64,000 nucleotides of DNA, taken from positions 1,141 to 65,140 of the forward strand of contig QCPC01000003.1 in the NCBI GenBank assembly GCA_003212695.1, in the 5' to 3' direction. Positions 59,344-64,000 of the stretch are shown piece after piece. How positions within the stretch are numbered: the first letter of the stretch is position 1; each line of letters opens with the position of its first letter. This DNA comes from Prochlorococcus sp. AG-436-C13. Its GTDB lineage: Bacteria; Cyanobacteriota; Cyanobacteriia; PCC-6307; Cyanobiaceae. A model generated the notes under the pieces. The model searched no databases and was not told the DNA's origin. It saw nothing but the letters and a program-made list of their open reading frames with translations. The position numbers were made by a program, and so were the translations under genes.

Positions 59344-61518
59344 TTACTTACTATCAAAATCTCTTAAAGTATCCCATGCTGTGATAACTTTAGCACGATA
59401 ATAAGGAACACCGAACCTCATTTCATCTGAATATCTTTTCTGAATCTCAACAGGTGTTTTCTTGTCAAAGTCCCATTTAACTAATCCTTTATCAAAACAA
59501 ACATTTTTCATCCAAGCCACACCATTCACTCTTACAGGGTTATTATTTGTAGCTTCTTTTAATTTAATACCATAATAATCAAGCCAGCGATCACCATTAG
59601 AATTTCTTGCATTTAGATTACGAGCTAAATCAATTCGAGCAGTTTTACCATTTTGACTAGTGGTTTTAATCTCAACATAATCTTGATTACTATAATCTAA
59701 TCCGAAAAGTACATAATAATTATAATCAGGATGCCAAATCAATACCATTGTATCCATAGGTTTGTTAGAAGGAATCTGATAACCACCCTGAATATTTCCC
59801 ACTGCTATAATTTTCCATCCTTGCAAATCAACTGAACTATTAGGGCTTCTTTCATTACTAAAAGATATTCTCCTTCCACCAAAGCGAATAACTTTTGGCA
59901 CTTTTTGGCTTGGATCTGAACCATGAGGATTATCTATAACTCCAAAAGCACCCCTAGTAATAACTAATTGTCTTGTATTTGAATTTGGTTCCTGATAATA
60001 ATCATTGTCTAATCTTGCCGTTGTTATTGTAGTTTCTGGCCCATATACAAAAGCACTAAACTTCTCTGAAGTACTACTTCCTGTACTACTTAAAACAAAT
60101 GTATAATTAGCATTATTAAATCCATTTGCCAAAGTCATTCCTCCTTTAGGATCACAAAATACTTCTTGCTTAGCTATATTTTTTTGATTAAAAATAATAG
60201 TTAGATTTTCAGGTTTACCTGATCCACAAGCTCCACCAGGATTGTGCCTGTGACAAAACTTACCTTTATTGCTAATTTCAATATCCCCATTAAAGACTAA
60301 AGTTGCTCTATTACTTTCATTGGTAGTAATTGAAAAGATTGCTCCGTCTCCTTGAACAAATAGATTATCAATTAATATTTTTCCATTATTTGTACCACCT
60401 CTTGATAAATTATCTAAGTCAGTACATTTTGAACTTCTATCTCTCCAATTTGAAGGAGAGCAAAAAACAGAAGAAAGATTATGCTGTGGTTGTTTTTTTG
60501 ATCCAGAAGAATTTTGTCCATGTTCTGGCTCTGAGGGAAGTTCTAATGGCTGTACCCAAAGACCTCCCATGCTTTTTGCATTGTCCGGTAATTGAGCTGG
60601 TCTAAGTACATTAGCCTTAGAAAGCATTTGGGTGCAATTAGAATTGTTATAAACATTTGTTCTCCAAAGAATTGATCCTTGTTTATCTTTTTCGACAGAA
60701 AGATTTCCTAAATATAAGGATTTATATCTATCCTTCTCATTTTCACCCGCACTAATAAAGGCAAAACCTGAATCTGGAACAACCTTATTTACAGCCATAC
60801 TTACTCTAGCTTTATTACTAGAGCTAATATTTTGATTACCTTTAGCTGATCGCGTAAATCCTTCTACTACTATAGTATTTTCTCCGCCATGTTCTTTACC
60901 AACATAATTAATTGATTTTACTAAATAACTTTGATTAGAATCTTTTATAACGTTTGGAATATTTCTGCCTACTTTTTCTTCCGTTTTGTCTATTATGAAT
61001 TGAAGTCTATTAGTAGTATTTATCCAGTTAATTGGAGTGCCGTTAATCTTTCCAGAATAAGTGCAGCTTGGAGCTACTTGCCTTCCAAAACATCTACTTT
61101 CTCCTTGGCACCACTTATTGAAAGAGTCTGTCCAGTAAATATTTGATAAATCTGGGAATTTACCCTGCATAAGCATTCCAGGGTAAATTTTTCTCTCTCT
61201 ATAAGAATTGAATGAAGGACATTCTTCTATGTAATTACTAACATTAGAAGAACAAACCTTTGAAAGCCAAAAATAATTATACGGACCCTTTGTATTGTTA
61301 AATAAAGATCTTAAATTTGTTATTGCAGCATGAGTAGAGTTTCTTGAGTTGTTTTCTAACGTTTTAATTTTAGAAGTAGATAACCTAATAATAGATGATG
61401 AAAGTAAAGAGGTGATACCAATAGCCAATCCAATAGAAATTATAAGAATTTGTGTTATAGCAAATCCAGACTCTTCTTTAACAAATTGATCTTTAAATCT
61501 ATTAAATAAGTTTTTCAC
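59344..61518 (-). CDS. Large PilX/GspK-like minor pilin, putative tip adhesin
   Basis: G|FAITQILII (Gln rather than Glu at +5), hydrophobic helix, and a large Asn/Ser/Cys-rich extracellular region with an AFVYGP motif. Confidence 0.75.
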   Translation of the reverse strand: MKNLFNRFKDQFVKEESGFAITQILIISIGLAIGITSLLSSSIIRLSTSKIKTLENNSRNSTHAAITNLRSLFNNTKGPYNYFWLSKVCSSNVSNYIEECPSFNSYRERKIYPGMLMQGKFPDLSNIYWTDSFNKWCQGESRCFGRQVAPSCTYSGKINGTPINWINTTNRLQFIIDKTEEKVGRNIPNVIKDSNQSYLVKSINYVGKEHGGENTIVVEGFTRSAKGNQNISSSNKARVSMAVNKVVPDSGFAFISAGENEKDRYKSLYLGNLSVEKDKQGSILWRTNVYNNSNCTQMLSKANVLRPAQLPDNAKSMGGLWVQPLELPSEPEHGQNSSGSKKQPQHNLSSVFCSPSNWRDRSSKCTDLDNLSRGGTNNGKILIDNLFVQGDGAIFSITTNESNRATLVFNGDIEISNKGKFCHRHNPGGACGSGKPENLTIIFNQKNIAKQEVFCDPKGGMTLANGFNNANYTFVLSSTGSSTSEKFSAFVYGPETTITTARLDNDYYQEPNSNTRQLVITRGAFGVIDNPHGSDPSQKVPKVIRFGGRRISFSNERSPNSSVDLQGWKIIAVGNIQGGYQIPSNKPMDTMVLIWHPDYNYYVLFGLDYSNQDYVEIKTTSQNGKTARIDLARNLNARNSNGDRWLDYYGIKLKEATNNNPVRVNGVAWMKNVCFDKGLVKWDFDKKTPVEIQKRYSDEMRFGVPYYRAKVITAWDTLRDFDSK

Positions 61519-61540
61519 AGAAAGTGAAATTAAATTTTAA

Positions 61541-62101
61541 CTAGCAATTAGTAGTTGGAACACCTGCCCCTTTATTTGTTTGATCGACAACTTTAGTTGA
61601 ACCTGTTACATAGTTATAGCAACCAGTAACTCCCATTCCAGAAGAGGCGTAAGTACCTGTCGGTCTACCTATAATATGAATTCTAGGATGCCTTCTTTGC
61701 ATATAAACTTGGAAATTACCGCTTGGAGTATATATCCATGATCTTGAAGCGTTATTAGAATAATCAACCATTGTTGCTGTTTTACAGGTTTGAGGTCTAT
61801 TAGTTGAACAACCTGTAACCGTTATATAGCCGCCTAAATCTTTAGTGTTTTTTGGATAGTCACTAACTTCCGTGTAATATGCTTGAGCTGCTTTGACCCA
61901 TGAGGCAACAATTGTTGAAGCTTCTTTTTGTTTTGCTTTATCGCTGGCATTTTGGAAACTTGGAATTGCAATTGAAGAGAGAATTCCAATTATAACTACA
62001 ACAACTATTAGTTCTACCAAAGTAAAACCTGATTGGCTGTTTTCATCCTTCTCAAGAAGCCTTCGAATTAATTTTGCTTTTAAATTGGTAGTAATAGTCA
62101 T
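61541..62101 (-). CDS. pilA: Type IV major pilin
   Basis: G|FTLVELIVVVVIIGILSSIAIP, KAKQKEA, KAAQAYY and four Cys; start set to ATG 62101 (alternative 62134). Confidence 0.88.
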   Translation of the reverse strand: MTITTNLKAKLIRRLLEKDENSQSGFTLVELIVVVVIIGILSSIAIPSFQNASDKAKQKEASTIVASWVKAAQAYYTEVSDYPKNTKDLGGYITVTGCSTNRPQTCKTATMVDYSNNASRSWIYTPSGNFQVYMQRRHPRIHIIGRPTGTYASSGMGVTGCYNYVTGSTKVVDQTNKGAGVPTTNC

Positions 62102-62138
62102 TCGACTAATGCTTTTTTTTTTATTATAGGTCAAAGGA

Positions 62139-62162
62139 TGGCAAAAAAAGAATTATTTGCCA
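62139..62162. promoter_or_regulatory. Inverted repeat upstream of pilA
   Basis: TGGCAAA-N10-TTTGCCA. Confidence 0.4.
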
Positions 62163-62232
62163 AACATTTTATACAGATTGAAAATGAAACGAAAGAAACG
62201 ATCAAAATAAGAACATATCAGAATCAATCATA

Positions 62233-62832
62233 TTATTTGCAATAATTGGACCTTAAGCCTGTATTTGCTTTGCTGCCATTTTGTGATTTAGCAAAACTGT
62301 AATTAGATGAGTAAGTTCCAATTCTTGAAGATCCAACTGGCTTTTCAAAAACAATGCATTTTGGTTGCTTTCTACCTGAATTATTTCTACCTCCAACAAT
62401 AAAGATAATCGGGGAGTTGCTTAAACTATAAATTTGTCCTTTAGGTGTAATAGTAAAGTCACTACTACCTTCCTGAAAAATATGCTTAGAAATTGTTGGT
62501 CCAGCCTTGATATTATTTTTAGTTGATTGACCTATTCCTTTACAATCGATTTTTAAACCCGACCCCTCTTTGCCAGGAGGAATATATCTATTAATTTTCA
62601 CTGAGCAAGTTCCTCCCCATCGTCTGGATTCTCTTATTAGAAGAGGTATGAAGTCACTTATCTCTTTTACATAGGTATTTTGTCGCTCATTGTTAATCCA
62701 TTTAGATAAGCTTGGCACTGAAATACTTGCAAAGGTAGCAACAAGAACAATTACAGCCAATAGCTCAACCATTGTGAAACCTTCATCATTATTTTGAGAG
62801 ATATGATTAAGAACTCTTTTGCTGAATTTAAT
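62233..62832 (-). CDS. FimT/FimU (GspH)-like minor pilin, probable non-canonical start
   Basis: The frame reads ...NNDEG|FTMVELLAVIVLVATFASISVP upstream of the called ATG; FTITPKG motif and CIVF..PVG..RIG C-terminus. Confidence 0.8.
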   Translation of the reverse strand: MKFSKRVLNHISQNNDEGFTMVELLAVIVLVATFASISVPSLSKWINNERQNTYVKEISDFIPLLIRESRRWGGTCSVKINRYIPPGKEGSGLKIDCKGIGQSTKNNIKAGPTISKHIFQEGSSDFTITPKGQIYSLSNSPIIFIVGGRNNSGRKQPKCIVFEKPVGSSRIGTYSSNYSFAKSQNGSKANTGLRSNYCK

Positions 62833-62926
62833 AGTTAAGATCCTATATATAATATAATTCTACTACAATGTGAGAGAAATGAAACTAAATCAAGTTCTTC
62901 TATAAAAATACATTTAGAAAAATAAC

Positions 62927-63703
62927 ATGTTCAAATTTAATTTTTTCAAGTTATTCTTACCTTTAGCAACTTTCTGTTGCATTATCTCAATACCTAATTC
63001 TGAGGCCAATGATAATAGATTGATTAACCTAAATAGGCTTTTAAAAGAGAAAAGTTGCAGGAACTGTAATTTAGAAAGTCTAGATTTAACAAATATAGAC
63101 TTAAGAGGAGCAGACCTTTATGAAGTAAATCTTAGTTATAGTAATTTAAGTGGAAGTATACTAGACAATGTAGACCTAAGAAAAAGTAATCTTAAAGATA
63201 CCGTTCTAGTAAACTCTTCTCTTAGAGGGGCAAATATGGAAGGTGCAAAAATAGAAAACACAGATTTCAGAGGTTCAGATCTAACAGAAGCTAGTTTTGA
63301 TTATGAGGCATTAGACAACAGTTTTGTAATAGAAGCAATTGGTATAAAAAAAGAAATGTTAAGTCTAAATATGATTAGTAACTTAGGGGCCACTTATTAT
63401 ACTAATAGAAAATATTTAAAATCTATTAGAGTATATGAAATTGCTATGGATAAAAACCCTATGGACGGGAAGGCAGTTCTATCTAAAGCAATTATAAATT
63501 ATGAATTAGGTAATATAAATAAAAGTATTTCAGATTTACATCATGCTGAGAAGCTATATCGAGATAACAATCAAGAAGAAAGAGCTAATAAGATTTTAGA
63601 ATTTAGAAATAATATTATCAAAGAAACAAAAAAACAAAGGCGAATAAATCTAAATCTTGCTAAAACTATTAGTCAAGGATTCTTACTTTTCAGGCTTATT
63701 TAA
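62927..63703 (+). CDS. Exported pentapeptide-repeat plus TPR protein
   Basis: Signal peptide, CRNC, pentapeptide repeats (DLRGADL, NLSGS), then TPR-like helices (SNLGATYY...AMDKNP..A.LSKA.INYELG). Confidence 0.85.
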   Translation: MFKFNFFKLFLPLATFCCIISIPNSEANDNRLINLNRLLKEKSCRNCNLESLDLTNIDLRGADLYEVNLSYSNLSGSILDNVDLRKSNLKDTVLVNSSLRGANMEGAKIENTDFRGSDLTEASFDYEALDNSFVIEAIGIKKEMLSLNMISNLGATYYTNRKYLKSIRVYEIAMDKNPMDGKAVLSKAIINYELGNINKSISDLHHAEKLYRDNNQEERANKILEFRNNIIKETKKQRRINLNLAKTISQGFLLFRLI

Positions 63704-64000
63704 TTAAACTATCCTTATAGATGCTTGAATTAAATCCATTACTAAGGTCCTGAGTATAAGTAGGATTTCTAATTATTCTATCAAACTGACTATTAAATTC
63801 TGACCACAAACTGTTTGAATCATATACAATTCGTTGGTCTGGAAAACCGAATTTACCTGCTTTATTTGTATAATAGAATCCCGCCCATTCTCCAAAAAGT
63901 TTCATAGAAGATGTTTGTTTGAAAAGTCTATCATTCTTATATTTATAAGATCGAGGTGTATGATCTCCATAAAAAGAATTTAAAAAAGAATAATTAACAT
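63696..64000 (-). CDS. C-terminal part of an unknown protein continuing beyond the window
   Basis: The frame is open from the window edge (VNYSFLNSFYGDHTPRSY...) to the stop at 63696, so the 69 aa call is a truncation. Confidence 0.7.
   Translation of the reverse strand, partial: VNYSFLNSFYGDHTPRSYKYKNDRLFKQTSSMKLFGEWAGFYYTNKAGKFGFPDQRIVYDSNSLWSEFNSQFDRIIRNPTYTQDLSNGFNSSIYKDSLIK

Larger units (their letters stand above)
44400..64000. other. Accessory, genomic-island-like region carrying a type IV pilus cassette
   Basis: Core synteny ends after nrdJ. Long AT-rich intergenic gaps, small orphan ORFs and visibly more A/T-rich, Asn/Lys-rich genes follow. No integrase or att site in the window. 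Confidence 0.7.

Noticed and set aside
51379-62129. Shadow ORFs in the pilus cluster (51379-51603, 52410-52715, 56393-56611, 57384-57593, 57559-57846, 60330-60605, 60931-61146, 61893-62129)
   Set aside because: Nested within longer pilus genes with no independent evidence.
44340-64000. Integrase, tRNA att site, IS, prophage or CRISPR array explaining the island
   Set aside because: None visible in the window; the right boundary lies beyond 64000.

Overview
AT-rich picocyanobacterial chromosome segment. Gene content and protein sequences point to Prochlorococcus, probably a low-light lineage (inference). Positions 1-44.3 kb are core genome: tandem class I/class II aldolases, purQ/purS, cobW, upp-like, ilvD, pgl/gnd, glgC, hemA, glpX, rpe, ccsA, lptF/G-lptB, typA, chlP, glyS, sir, recG, tsf/rpsB with the S2 (t44) leader, devBCA, pcyA, an M16 peptidase pair and the B12-dependent ribonucleotide reductase nrdJ. 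From about 44.4 kb to the window end the DNA is accessory and island-like. It starts with a cluster of small unknown ORFs and then holds a nearly complete type IV pilus cassette in one block: pilB-pilT-pilC, divergent pilP/M/N/O-like genes with the pilQ secretin, five pilins (one vWA-fused, one 724 aa PilX-like) and a pentapeptide-TPR protein. Most notable by eye: (1) tandem NrdR-box-like pairs with helical spacing upstream of nrdJ, and also upstream of small unknown genes between nrdJ and the pilus cassette, including two similar basic microproteins ending in Ala-Ala; (2) a minor pilin whose leader has no ATG/GTG/TTG start; (3) an in-frame stop at codon 4 of pcyA; (4) several small ORFs missed by the ORF track. 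No tRNA, rRNA, CRISPR, integrase or transposase was seen.
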